From Bacteroidales bacterium (lineage in GTDB: Bacteria; Bacteroidota; Bacteroidia; Bacteroidales; ML635J-15): a stretch of DNA of 64,000 nt. The translations under genes were made by a program, and so were the position numbers. Location: NCBI GenBank assembly GCA_035343375.1, contig DAOQYW010000010.1, positions 2,236 through 66,235 on the forward strand, given 5' to 3'. Positions 1 to 9,683 of the stretch are shown piece after piece. The notes under the pieces were generated by a model. That model saw only the letters and a program-made list of their open reading frames with translations. It was not told the origin of the DNA and did no database searches. The first letter of the stretch is position 1. Each line of letters begins with the position of its first letter.

Positions 1-271
1 ATACTACATTATTGTAAAATATGACAATTGTCATAAATTTAAGCATTTTATTGAATGAATTATTATGATGAGTAATTTAGAATATATTCCAATTTTTAAC
101 ATTGATTCTAAATAAGTACTTTGTGGAATGTGAAATATACGAGAGAATTAAATATACAAGTATAAAATGTATTTATGTTTTAAAAATGCAGTTTGATTTT
201 AAAAATTTTTATATCAAATTATAGTAAAATATTAATTAATATTTATACTCCTAATAGGACGATCAATTTGA

Positions 272-1009
272 TTAGTTATATATGGCACAGCCAATTGCCC
301 CAATTGTTTGCGGATTATTCGGGACATAGATTTTCTTTCCTAAAATTTCTGATAGTAATACTTTTATTGCAATATTATTCGCAACTCCACCAACAAAAGC
401 AATGTCATCTTCTATATTCACTTTTTTAAGCATATTAATAGCGCGATTTATGATAGAGAAATGTATACCTCTGGAAATTTTATTCCTGTCATAACCTTTT
501 CCAATCATGCTCACTACTTCGGATTCGGCAAAAACTGTGCACATACTACTAATGCTTTCTTTTTCATTAACACTTAATGCCGCGGTACTAAACTGATCAA
601 GATTATATCTCAAAGCCATAGCCATGATTTCTAAGAAACGTCCTGTTCCGGCAGCACATTTATCATTCATTTCAAATTTTTTAACTTTGCCTTGTTCATC
701 TAGTGAAATTGCTTTTGTGTCCTGCCCTCCGATATCTAAAATGGTTCTCACGTTGGGAAATACACTTCTTATTCCGAGAGAAAATGCTTTAATTTCACTT
801 ATTACGTCACATTCATAATAGTCTGCAAATAAATGTCTCCCATATCCTGTTGAAGTAATTTTATCATAATTTTTACCATCTAACAATTTGTTGCAAATTT
901 CCATTGTGTTAAAAGAGTTATCAACTACTTGTTCGAAGGTAATAATGTTTTCTGATAATATGACTAATTTTATTGTTCTTGAACCTATATCTATTCCTGC
1001 TGATATCAT
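272..1009 (-). CDS. BcrAD/BadFG-family ATPase, likely [4Fe-4S]-bridged activator of the adjacent dehydratase-family protein
   Basis: ORF 272..1048, with the probable start at the internal Met (MISAGIDIGSRTIK). It carries actin-fold ATPase motifs GIDIGSRT and ILDIGGQDTK, the cluster motif KCAAGTGRFLE, and FVGGVA. It lies directly downstream of its partner gene. Confidence 0.8.
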   Translation of the reverse strand: MISAGIDIGSRTIKLVILSENIITFEQVVDNSFNTMEICNKLLDGKNYDKITSTGYGRHLFADYYECDVISEIKAFSLGIRSVFPNVRTILDIGGQDTKAISLDEQGKVKKFEMNDKCAAGTGRFLEIMAMALRYNLDQFSTAALSVNEKESISSMCTVFAESEVVSMIGKGYDRNKISRGIHFSIINRAINMLKKVNIEDDIAFVGGVANNIAIKVLLSEILGKKIYVPNNPQTIGAIGCAIYN

Positions 1010-1067
1010 ATAATTTGTTATTAAATAAGTCGATGGGACTGAGCCCATCGACTTTAATTATTATTTA

Positions 1068-2345
1068 TTAAGATTTTATCCTTTCAATAAAAGCTTCTAT
1101 TCTTGTTTTAAGTTGTCCAATATCTTCAGAACTATAATCCGTGTCAATGTTTAAAACCGGGATTCCTTCTTTTTCTAACATTTTCTCGATCGAAATAGAT
1201 TCATTTTGGTATGGTTGACAAAACTGTAATGAATAGTAAATAACTCCATCTGCTTTGTATTGTTTAGCCATTTGTTTAATATTTTCATATCTTTCATTAT
1301 TCGGTGTGAAAATAGCACAATCAATGTTAAAATATCTATCTACAATAGCATTTATCATTTCTTCAGTAGATAGGTTTTCGTTGGCGACAAAATTTCTTGT
1401 ACCTCTTTCTCCGGTACACATCTCTTCACCAACAATAGTTGCATTTGAAGTTTCAATTATTTGAGGTATTTTCCAATTGGGTACAGCCATTGGACAGCCA
1501 GAAACTAAAATTCGTGGAGTTTTATTAGAAAATACTCCGACACCTGTTTTAATTCTCAATTCAAGTTCATCACATAATGCATTAACAGAGTTTGTAAATC
1601 GTATAGGGTCGTCATAAAAGTAAACTTGATTAATTAATAAAGCGTCTAGCCCGGAAATTGGAGTTGGATTTGCTGTTCGTAAATCAGAAAGACGTTTGAT
1701 TGCTTTCCTTTTGCTATTAACGATTTCAATACCTTTTTGCAATGATTCTTTTGTAATTTTATTCCCTGATAACTCTTCAAGTTTTTTAGCAAATTTTTGA
1801 TACTCTGCTTTTAAAAGCACTTTCCCTTCTGATGATTTTACTTGTGGTAAATCCATGACATACAAATTCCCAACGAGGTCTTTATATGATTCATAAGCTT
1901 TTTTCTTTCCATCACATGTGTTTTCACCTACAATAAGGTCTGCAGATTCAATATAAGGACAGACTTTTGCTAGTTTAAAACCAAAAGCCGATTTTATTAA
2001 AGCACACGTGTTTCGTGGTATAAATTGTTCAGCTGCATCAAAAGCTAATTCAGCTCCGGCGCAAAGCCCAACACTAATTCCGTTAACAGCTAAAATAAGC
2101 TCTTCAGGGACAAAAACACAAAATGTTCCAATTATTTTTCTTCCTTCTGCCTTGGCATCCATAAGTTCTTTGATTCTAAGACCATGAATTTCACTCATCA
2201 CAAAATCAAAATACTCCATTCCCTTTGGTCTGTTTTTTTGAGACATATAAACTTCTCCATACATTTTTCCTACAATCTCAAGTACGGCATCATGAGTTTG
2301 TAAATCAAGTCCTAAACCGGACCACATTTCTCTGTAATCAGTCAT
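1068..2345 (-). CDS. 2-hydroxyacyl-CoA dehydratase / benzoyl-CoA reductase subunit family protein, single-subunit double-cubane-cluster-protein-like
   Basis: The 425-aa Cys-rich protein has the HgdB/BcrC-type layout (GTFCVFVPEELI, GENTCDGKKK, VSGCPMAVPNW, YYSLQFCQPY). It is followed by a cognate ATPase, with no second dehydratase subunit. Confidence 0.7.
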   Translation of the reverse strand: MTDYREMWSGLGLDLQTHDAVLEIVGKMYGEVYMSQKNRPKGMEYFDFVMSEIHGLRIKELMDAKAEGRKIIGTFCVFVPEELILAVNGISVGLCAGAELAFDAAEQFIPRNTCALIKSAFGFKLAKVCPYIESADLIVGENTCDGKKKAYESYKDLVGNLYVMDLPQVKSSEGKVLLKAEYQKFAKKLEELSGNKITKESLQKGIEIVNSKRKAIKRLSDLRTANPTPISGLDALLINQVYFYDDPIRFTNSVNALCDELELRIKTGVGVFSNKTPRILVSGCPMAVPNWKIPQIIETSNATIVGEEMCTGERGTRNFVANENLSTEEMINAIVDRYFNIDCAIFTPNNERYENIKQMAKQYKADGVIYYSLQFCQPYQNESISIEKMLEKEGIPVLNIDTDYSSEDIGQLKTRIEAFIERIKS

Positions 2346-2695
2346 AATAATAGATTTTTAAATTAATAAATAATTGATTGTAACTATATAATTGTATTAA
2401 ACTATATTTTTGAATGACTAAAGCTTTTAAATGTCGAATTAATATGCAAAAAACATAATTGTCAAATTCGAAAAGCTCAATAAAAAATAAGTATATAGAC
2501 CTTTGATGGCAATTGAAAATTACCTTAACAATGGATTTTGTACCAATGCATTGTAGTATGTCCCTTTCACAAAACATAACCCATAGTTGCCTGAGATGAT
2601 TTCACACCCCCAAGAACTGTATCAATTTTTAGAATTAATAAACATACGTAATGATTCTATTTTTTATATAATATCAATGTCTTTTTAATAAAAAT

Positions 2696-3739
2696 TTACT
2701 CACTTATAAATTGTAATTTTTTATTTGTATTCTCTTGAACACATCCTATAATTTTAGAATGCTTAAATCCAAAATGCCATAAATCTTTTAATATATTTTC
2801 TGTTTTATTTTGGTCGCAACACATTAACAAACCTCCTGAAGTTTGCGCATCACAGATAATCATTTTATAATCTACAGAGATTTTGGGATCAAATTCAGAA
2901 TAGTTAGTAATATATTCCATATTCCTAAAACAAGCTCCCGGTAAACAACCTAATTGAGCTAATTCAAGTGTTCCATCAAACAATGGAACTTTTTCGGGAT
3001 ATATTTTTAAACTTACATTACTTGCTAAAGCTATTTTTAGGGCATGACCTGCCAAGCCGAATCCGGTTATGTCAGTAGCACATTTAACGTCGTATTTTTG
3101 CATTATTTCTGCTCCGCCTTTATTGAGTTGTTTCATGCTTCTAAGAACAGTATTGTACTTTTCATCATCAATTTCATTGATTCTTTTTCCTGCCATAATA
3201 ATACCTGCTCCAATTGGCTTAGTCAGAATGAGGACATCTCCCGGTTTTGCTTCAGAATTTTTGATTATTTTGCTTGGATTAACAGTTCCTGTAACAGCCA
3301 TACCATATTTTGGCACTTCATCAACAATAGTGTGCCCACCCATCATTACACCCCCAGCTTCTATTAGCTTATCTATTCCGCCTCTAAGAATCTCTTTTAA
3401 AATATCGAGAGAGACATTAGCAGGAAAAGTAATGATATTTAAAGCACTTAAAACGCGTCCACCCATAGCATAAACATCACTTAAAGCGTTAGCAGCTGCA
3501 ATTTGTCCGAATTCATAAGGGTCGGAACAAATAGGAGGGAAGAAATCTGTCGTTTGGATAAGAGCAAGTTCATCACTAATTTTAAAAACCCCGGCATCAT
3601 CGTGAGTATCTGTATTTACTAGTAAATCAGGATGTGGGGTAGAAGTCAATCCACTTAATGCTTCACTAAGTTTTGCTGCAGGAAGTTTTGCCGAACAACC
3701 TCCGTATTCTACTGTGCTTAAAAGGTCAAAATCTTTCAT
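2696..3739 (-). CDS. selD: Selenide, water dikinase (selenophosphate synthetase), Cys-type
   Basis: The N-terminal motif EYGGCSAKL matches the G-C/U-x-x-K active site with Cys. AIR-synthase-like fold motifs are present (DDAGV, ALSDVYAMGG). The gene lies in a selenium gene cluster. Confidence 0.9.
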   Translation of the reverse strand: MKDFDLLSTVEYGGCSAKLPAAKLSEALSGLTSTPHPDLLVNTDTHDDAGVFKISDELALIQTTDFFPPICSDPYEFGQIAAANALSDVYAMGGRVLSALNIITFPANVSLDILKEILRGGIDKLIEAGGVMMGGHTIVDEVPKYGMAVTGTVNPSKIIKNSEAKPGDVLILTKPIGAGIIMAGKRINEIDDEKYNTVLRSMKQLNKGGAEIMQKYDVKCATDITGFGLAGHALKIALASNVSLKIYPEKVPLFDGTLELAQLGCLPGACFRNMEYITNYSEFDPKISVDYKMIICDAQTSGGLLMCCDQNKTENILKDLWHFGFKHSKIIGCVQENTNKKLQFISE

Positions 3740-3963
3740 ATTTTGTAATCGTATATTTGAAAAATGATATTATTATAAGTAAGTACATCAGATAAAAAAC
3801 TCATGTCTGAAGATTCTGAATCTAGCCTTATTGACATTCCGCAATCGCTTGATATATTTTTTGGTGTTGGGATAATATCAAATTTAAAACCTGCTTCTAT
3901 CAGAATTTTTTCTGCTTTCAAAACATGGTGTGTTGACTGGAACGTTAGAACTTTATTTCGCAT
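3736..3963 (-). CDS. DUF3343-family small protein (putative S/Se carrier associated with selD/yedF)
   Basis: The 75-aa protein begins FQSTHHVLKAEKILIEAG and carries a CGMSIRL motif typical of DUF3343. It overlaps the selD start by 4 nt. Confidence 0.6.
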   Translation of the reverse strand: MRNKVLTFQSTHHVLKAEKILIEAGFKFDIIPTPKNISSDCGMSIRLDSESSDMSFLSDVLTYNNIIFQIYDYKI

Positions 3964-3989
3964 TTTTCTGAAATTAAATTTAGAATTGA

Positions 3990-4598
3990 TTATGCAAAAA
4001 CTACCTTGGAGGCTTCTGCCATGCTATTCAAAATATCGTACATGTTTGAAATTCTTCCTGCAGCTAACTGATCTTTTTTATTGTAATAATCCAAACAAGT
4101 TCCGCAAACTAAAATTTCAATGCCCAGGTTTTCCAACTTTTTTAATGACTCCAAAACTGGTGAATCTTTTAAACACATAAATATCCCTGAGTTAAGAAAA
4201 ATTACCTTTTTTGGCTTTAAATCAAGATCAGGTATTGTATTTATACATGCTTTTATTAGGATCTGACCTAGTTCTTCAGCTCCGTCTCCCATTCGGTTTC
4301 TTTTTACAGTAATTACGTAGTCCGACAAATTGGGAGTATTAATTCTGCAAAAGTCTTCTACAGGAGCATTTTCGGGTATGTTACCGCTTTTTTTTACAAG
4401 TAATCTGAAAATATTTCCTTGTTTCTCGGTTACAACCTGCATTTTATACTCTTTTAAAAAATGACAAACATTAGTCATTGATGTTTCGTTATCAATAAGA
4501 ATTTCTAAAGTTTCGTCTTGCCCCAATTCGGCTAAGGCCTTTTTTGTCATTATTAGTGGTACTGGGCATAATTTCCCTTTTGCATCAACCGTTTTCAT
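3990..4598 (-). CDS. yedF: Selenium metabolism protein YedF (TusA/SirA-like domain fused to DsrE-like domain)
   Basis: The N-terminal motif GKLCPVPLIMTKKAL is a TusA-type CPxP motif. The protein is about 200 aa with a C-terminal DsrE-like half (VIFLNSG, VCGTCLDYY). The gene sits between the cysteine desulfurase and selD. Confidence 0.75.
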   Translation of the reverse strand: MKTVDAKGKLCPVPLIMTKKALAELGQDETLEILIDNETSMTNVCHFLKEYKMQVVTEKQGNIFRLLVKKSGNIPENAPVEDFCRINTPNLSDYVITVKRNRMGDGAEELGQILIKACINTIPDLDLKPKKVIFLNSGIFMCLKDSPVLESLKKLENLGIEILVCGTCLDYYNKKDQLAAGRISNMYDILNSMAEASKVVFA

Positions 4599-4599
4599 G

Positions 4600-5748
4600 T
4601 TATTTGTTTTTAAAAATTTGTTTTAATGAATTTATAGTATAATCAATATCTTTTTTTGATGTGAAAAATCCCGGACTAAATCTTAATGTCCCTTGAGGAA
4701 ATGTTCCTAATGCTTTGTGTCCTAACGGGCTACACATTAAACCTGCTCTGGTCATTATTCCATATTCCTTGTCCAGAATACTTGCAATTTTGTCAGGTGG
4801 GAAAAAATTACTTGTAACAGATATTACCGGTAAAATGTTTTTTTCTTTTCCTGGACCGTGAATTTTTATTTCGTCAATGTCAATCAATGAATCCAGAAAA
4901 TAGTCTGTTATCTGTCTGCTGTGATTTATTATATTTTTTTGTCCTTGCTTTAAAATAAATTCAATACCTGCTTTAAGCCCTGTGATTCCAACTGTGTTAG
5001 GAGTGCCGGCTTCTAATTTGTCGGGATAAAAATCGGGATGTGTTTCGGATTCTGACTTACTCCCCGAGCCACCGTGAATAAGGGTATCAATTTCAACATT
5101 ATTTCTTAAAATTAATCCACCTGTACCTGATGGCCCTAATAGTTTTTTATGTCCTGTAAAAGTTAAAATATCAATACTGTTTTTTTGAACATCAATAGGT
5201 AAAAACCCTGCTGTTTGAGCTGCATCAACATGATACAAAACATTTTTGGATTTACACAATGCTCCAATTTTATCAATAGGTAAAGTTATTCCAATGATAT
5301 TTGAGCCATGAATTGTAGAGACTAATTTTGTATTTTGTCTGAAACTGCTTTTTAGTAAATCAAAATCAATGTTTCCATTATTATCACAATCAATAATTGT
5401 TAACTCAATTATTCCTTCTTTCTCAAGATTCCTCAATGGACGGATTGTTGAGTTATGTTCCATATGGCTGGTAATAACATGGTCGCCTTTTTTAAGAATG
5501 CCTTTAAATGCAATATTACTAGCATTTGTAGCATTGGAAGTAAATATTACTCTATCGGAGGAATCTGCATTAAAAAACTCCGCTAATAATTCTCGTGTTT
5601 CAAAAACTATACGGGCAGCTTTTAAAGCAAACGCATGTCCTGAACGCCCCGGACTACCTCCATAATTTTTAAGATAATCTGCGATTGATTCAACTACCGT
5701 GTTTGGCTTGGGCCAACTTGTGGCTGTGTTATCAAGATAAACCTGCAT
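4600..5748 (-). CDS. Class V aminotransferase, cysteine desulfurase / selenocysteine lyase family
   Basis: It carries the PLP-lysine motif FTGHKKLLGPSGTGGL and the active-site loop RAGLMCSPLGHK, and begins YLDNTATSWPKP. Confidence 0.8.
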   Translation of the reverse strand: MQVYLDNTATSWPKPNTVVESIADYLKNYGGSPGRSGHAFALKAARIVFETRELLAEFFNADSSDRVIFTSNATNASNIAFKGILKKGDHVITSHMEHNSTIRPLRNLEKEGIIELTIIDCDNNGNIDFDLLKSSFRQNTKLVSTIHGSNIIGITLPIDKIGALCKSKNVLYHVDAAQTAGFLPIDVQKNSIDILTFTGHKKLLGPSGTGGLILRNNVEIDTLIHGGSGSKSESETHPDFYPDKLEAGTPNTVGITGLKAGIEFILKQGQKNIINHSRQITDYFLDSLIDIDEIKIHGPGKEKNILPVISVTSNFFPPDKIASILDKEYGIMTRAGLMCSPLGHKALGTFPQGTLRFSPGFFTSKKDIDYTINSLKQIFKNK

Positions 5749-7714
5749 TTATAAATTCCTTTCCTTTTTGAGTAATTATAATTGTTGTTTCGTTGTTCGA
5801 ATCTTTAGTGTACTGAATTAGCTTTTCAAATTCCATTATTTCACCTATCAAGGCACGGAATTTCTTTGTCCCCGGAATAATTTCTTTAAATTCCGGAATG
5901 TTTATTCCCTTTGGTTTTGTTGATAATGATTTAAGTAGATTGTCCCGATTTTTGATGAATATTTCAGAATAAATAAAATCGCTGTTATAAATTTTGACTT
6001 TTCCTGAGTTTGCAAGATAAGAAAGATAGGTTTTTATTTTTGCTTTATTTATTCCATTTTGAACAGCTGCTTCTTCAATTTCTGATAACACGGGTTTTTC
6101 GTCTTTGCAACCTGCAATTTGTTCTTGCAGCCATTGTATTTCGCTTTCTGTTTTTTTGTCAATAACAGGTTTATGACCTTTAATTATCCATGTTTTTTTA
6201 TAGTTATCTAATGTGTTTTCACTTTTCAATTTCTCCAATAATAATTCCAGATATAATTTTCCGGTTTTGGACTTTGATAATCCAAGTTTTCCGGCTATTT
6301 CACCTGTTTCGAGCCCTTCAGCAAAAATATTGTTATTGCTGTGTTGATCTTTAATGTTTTTAATAATTTTAGTTTTATAATTCTCTTCAAAATTATTTGA
6401 AATCAAAATAAACGACTCCTCTGTTTTATAATCTAAAAATTGATTGTGATTTTTATTGATTGAAATAATAATTTCATCTTTATTTACGTGTAATAATTCA
6501 CAAATTTCTTCAATACTAAAAGGTCTGAATTCTTTGTTTAAAACCAATTTTATATTTTCAGTCAAGCTGTCATCTGTAAGAATATTAACACAAAGTTCTG
6601 TCAGAGATTGAACTAATTGTGGTGTGCGTTTTCGGTGGTGCAAAGGAGATGAGTCAATTATATAACCGCCTCCAAGTGTTATGTCGTCAGAAGAATTTCT
6701 GATAATAATTTTATCTCTGTTTATAAAAATGCCCGGTTTATTAAGATGAAGTTGGACAATTGCATCTTCACCTTCTGCGAGATTATCTTTGTTAAGCAAA
6801 TGCATTCTGGCAGTTGTTTCATAAGTGCCAGATAAGATTATTACATTAGACCACAAATTAAGTGACGGAACTGATTCAAATAAATTAACATAAGCATCCA
6901 CTATCATTATTGAGTCTAATTCTTTATTGCTAAGTAGCATTCCTCTTTCGAAATCTTCATTTTTTAATCCTGTAAGATTTATAGCTGCCCTATCACCTCT
7001 TTCTACTTCATTTACAGCAATTCCGTGTCTTTCGATTGATCGGATTTTTAATTTTTGTTTTATGCCGGGTAAAAGAAATACTTCATCTCCGGTGCTTACA
7101 GAACCACTTGTAACAGAGCCTGTAACTACGCTTCCATGTCCTTTAATAGTAAAAATTCTGTCAATATACATACGAAAAAGATTTCCCTTATCTTTCTCTT
7201 CGATTCTTCTTATTGTGTTATCAATAGCGGTTAATAATTTGTCTTTACCCATGCCGGTAATAGTCGAAATACCAACTATTGGGATGTCTTTTAGTTCAGT
7301 TTTATTTAGATATTCGGAAATTTCATCACTTGCAATTTCAATCAATTCCTCATCAACCAGATCAATTTTGGTTAATGCAACAACACCATGCTTAATTCCC
7401 AGTGATTTAATAATATTTATATGTTCAACGGTTTGAGGCATGATTCCGCTATCTGCTGCTATGACCAACAATACCATATCTATTCCACATGCACCACCAA
7501 TCATATTATTTATAAAATCTTTATGTCCCGGCACATCAATTATTCCTACATTTTCCCCTGAAGGCAATTCAAGATGCGAAAATCCCAGATTAATAGTGAT
7601 TCCTCTTGTCTTTTCTTCCTTGTGAGTGTCACAATCAACGCCTGTCAATAATTTTATCAATGACGTTTTACCATGATCAATATGCCCGGCTGTGCCAATT
7701 ATCAAATGTTTCAT
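5732..7714 (-). CDS. selB: Selenocysteine-specific translation elongation factor SelB
   Basis: GTPase motifs are AGHIDHGKTS, DVPGH and TKID. A long C-terminal winged-helix extension gives 660 aa. The gene overlaps the selA stop by 4 nt. Confidence 0.9.
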   Translation of the reverse strand: MKHLIIGTAGHIDHGKTSLIKLLTGVDCDTHKEEKTRGITINLGFSHLELPSGENVGIIDVPGHKDFINNMIGGACGIDMVLLVIAADSGIMPQTVEHINIIKSLGIKHGVVALTKIDLVDEELIEIASDEISEYLNKTELKDIPIVGISTITGMGKDKLLTAIDNTIRRIEEKDKGNLFRMYIDRIFTIKGHGSVVTGSVTSGSVSTGDEVFLLPGIKQKLKIRSIERHGIAVNEVERGDRAAINLTGLKNEDFERGMLLSNKELDSIMIVDAYVNLFESVPSLNLWSNVIILSGTYETTARMHLLNKDNLAEGEDAIVQLHLNKPGIFINRDKIIIRNSSDDITLGGGYIIDSSPLHHRKRTPQLVQSLTELCVNILTDDSLTENIKLVLNKEFRPFSIEEICELLHVNKDEIIISINKNHNQFLDYKTEESFILISNNFEENYKTKIIKNIKDQHSNNNIFAEGLETGEIAGKLGLSKSKTGKLYLELLLEKLKSENTLDNYKKTWIIKGHKPVIDKKTESEIQWLQEQIAGCKDEKPVLSEIEEAAVQNGINKAKIKTYLSYLANSGKVKIYNSDFIYSEIFIKNRDNLLKSLSTKPKGINIPEFKEIIPGTKKFRALIGEIMEFEKLIQYTKDSNNETTIIITQKGKEFINAGLS

Positions 7715-9138
7715 TCAACTTCGTAGTTATTCAGAATCTTGTAGGTGTCACTAACTGCATTAACAACCTCTTCAATGTCATTATCATTAACAGTAAGTAA
7801 ATCGAAAAGCAAATCACCCTTTTTTAATATTCCTATTATAGGAATATGACGATTCATCAATTTGTGATGCAATTCTTCGACAAATTTTGTTTTGGTCTTT
7901 TTAGATACTTCAGGAGGTATGAGTTTTACGGCATAGCTTTGAATTTCCTTGTCGGTTAATGATCCTCCGCCAATTTGGACTGTATTTTGGACTGCTTCTG
8001 CAATAATTTTATGCCTTTTAAGCATTTCTACCATTTTTATCGCAGAAAGTTTTATTTCGTCCGGTTTTTTAGAAATCAGTTTGAAAAGCAAATTTTTACT
8101 AAACAAATCCTTTTCATTAAGATAATACGAACAAGTGGTTTCTATCAATGCAAGAGTCGTTTTACAAACTCTTAATGCTCTAAGTAGTTGATTCTTTTTT
8201 AGCTTTTCGATATAAATCTTTTTCCCCGCAATAATACCGGCTTGCGGACCTCCCAATAATTTATCGCCGCTAAAGCAAACGATGTCGGCTCCATTTAACA
8301 ATGCGTCTTTGACATTTGCTTCATCTTTGAAAGCCGGGTGAGATATGCGTTTTAGTAAACCACAGCCCTGATCATAAATTACAGGGAGATCGAATTCTTT
8401 ACCAATTACGGCAAGTTCCTGAATGCTTACTTCTTCAGTAAATCCTTTAATTACGAAATTAGACTTGTGTGCTTTAAATAATAATCTTGTTTTATCTGTA
8501 ATAGCATTTCTGTAGTCGGAAACTTTGGTTTTATTCGTAGTTCCGACTTCTATCATTTTACAACCGGATGCTGCCATAACCTCAGGAATTCTGAACGAAC
8601 CGCCAATTTCGACAAGTTCGCCTCTCGATACTAATACTTCTTTTCTTTTTGCAAAAGTATTTAGACACAGCATAACTGCAGCAGCAGCATTATTAACAAC
8701 CAAAATGTCTTCGGCACCGGTCAGGAATTTTAAGATTTTTTCAGGATGTGAATTTCGGCTACCCCTTTCGCCTGTTTTCAGATTAAATTCCAGATTATTA
8801 TACCCTTCCAATTTCTGAAAGCTTTCAAGCAACATTTCTTTACTGAATGGAGATCTGCCTAAATTTGTGTTTATAATTATGCCTGTGGCATTTATAACTT
8901 TTTTAAAATTGGGGCATGTCAGAGTTGAAATAAACTCATTGATCTTAATTAGAATTTCATCTTCCGTAGGGGCTGAGCCTCCTTTTTTTAATTTTTCTCT
9001 GAAAAAACTGATTGATTCCCTGATTGCATAAATAGTTGTATCCTTACCAAATGAAAGGATTAACTTTGTGACTTCTTTGTTGCACAAAAGTTTATCAACT
9101 GCCGGAAGACTTTTAAAATCTCCGCTAGGGTAATTCAT
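7711..9138 (-). CDS. selA: L-seryl-tRNA(Sec) selenium transferase SelA
   Basis: The PLP-lysine motif FSGDKLLGGPQAGII is present, along with INATGIIINTNLGRS and NNAAAAV. The protein is 475 aa. Confidence 0.9.
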   Translation of the reverse strand: MNYPSGDFKSLPAVDKLLCNKEVTKLILSFGKDTTIYAIRESISFFREKLKKGGSAPTEDEILIKINEFISTLTCPNFKKVINATGIIINTNLGRSPFSKEMLLESFQKLEGYNNLEFNLKTGERGSRNSHPEKILKFLTGAEDILVVNNAAAAVMLCLNTFAKRKEVLVSRGELVEIGGSFRIPEVMAASGCKMIEVGTTNKTKVSDYRNAITDKTRLLFKAHKSNFVIKGFTEEVSIQELAVIGKEFDLPVIYDQGCGLLKRISHPAFKDEANVKDALLNGADIVCFSGDKLLGGPQAGIIAGKKIYIEKLKKNQLLRALRVCKTTLALIETTCSYYLNEKDLFSKNLLFKLISKKPDEIKLSAIKMVEMLKRHKIIAEAVQNTVQIGGGSLTDKEIQSYAVKLIPPEVSKKTKTKFVEELHHKLMNRHIPIIGILKKGDLLFDLLTVNDNDIEEVVNAVSDTYKILNNYEVE

Positions 9139-9333
9139 ATGCGATTATAAGTTTTCATAAAATATTTTACAAATATAAAATTAATTTCTAAAACTGGAAA
9201 GTTGTAAAGGGATTTAAATTTTAAGCTGAAATTTTTTATAATTAGTTTGCCAGGTGGTTATTATTTTAAAATGGCTAAGGCTAAGGAGGGAGGTTAAGAG
9301 AAGGAAAAGGCTATATAGTACCATTGATAAAAG

Positions 9334-9425
9334 CAGAGAGAGCAGGAATCGAACCTGCCACAGCCGGTTTTATCCGTCTGCTGCCGGTTTTGAAGACCGG
9401 ATGGAACACCAGTTCCGTTCTCTCT
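9334..9425 (-). tRNA. selC: tRNA-Sec (anticodon UCA)
   Basis: On the minus strand there is an anticodon arm CCGGT-CUUCAAA-ACCGG with UCA (plus-strand TGA at 9391-9393). The D arm GGAAC-UGGU-GUUCC has a 4-nt loop, and there is a long variable arm. The T arm is GCAGG-UUCGAUU-CCUGC, and the acceptor AGAGAGA pairs with UCUCUCU. It is about 92 nt and sits directly upstream of selA. The ends are uncertain by 1-2 nt and CCA is not encoded. Confidence 0.85.
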
Positions 9426-9433
9426 AGAGATTA

Positions 9434-9464
9434 CAAAAGTAATCAGTTATTATTTATTTACAAA
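9434..9464 (-). promoter_or_regulatory. Putative Bacteroidetes-type promoter for tRNA-Sec / sel operon
   Basis: The minus strand reads TTTG, then 19 nt, then TACTTTTG (the TAnnTTTG -7 box). The box ends about 9 nt before the predicted tRNA 5' end. Confidence 0.45.
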
Positions 9465-9546
9465 ATTTTAAATTAATAGATAATTTTTAACACTTATAAT
9501 TTGTCTATAGTGCTGATAAATTATTTGTAAAATTTATTATTCGATA

Positions 9547-9577
9547 TTTGCTAGATTTGATTTTATTTATATTTTTG
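9547..9577 (+). promoter_or_regulatory. Putative Bacteroidetes-type promoter for hydrogenase module 1
   Basis: TTTG lies at 9547-9550, followed by a 19-nt spacer and TATTTTTG at 9570-9577. An imperfect palindrome, CGAGTTGCA-N5-TGTAACTCG, follows at 9581-9603. Confidence 0.3.
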
Positions 9578-9683
9578 TTGCGAGTTGCAAAAAATGTAAC
9601 TCGATTAATTTTAAAGAAATTTTTAAAGTGAAGATAATAATATTATTTGGAAAGTAAATTTAATAACTAAAAATTATAATGTG

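Noticed and set aside
21-34. Perfect 14-nt palindrome ATGACAATTGTCAT near the left edge.
   Set aside because: It is a short AT-rich palindrome in non-coding DNA about 240 nt downstream of the nearest gene. That is expected by chance in AT-rich sequence and it has no supporting context.
3044-3473. Antisense shadow ORFs lie inside strongly supported genes. Examples: 624..818, 1255..1464, 3044..3473, 5369..5665, 6927..7436, 8525..8818, 10562..10810, 15233..15687, 19727..20134, 26454..26831, 42335..42991, 43925..44260, 48106..48525.
   Set aside because: Their low-complexity translations show no recognisable motifs. Each is fully overlapped by an opposite-strand gene with clear family signatures.
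9581-9603. The 10-mer CGAGTTGCAA upstream of hydrogenase module 1 recurs inverted upstream of wtpA (near 39997), which might be a shared operator.
   Set aside because: A single 10-nt match in either orientation is expected many times by chance in 64 kb of AT-rich DNA.
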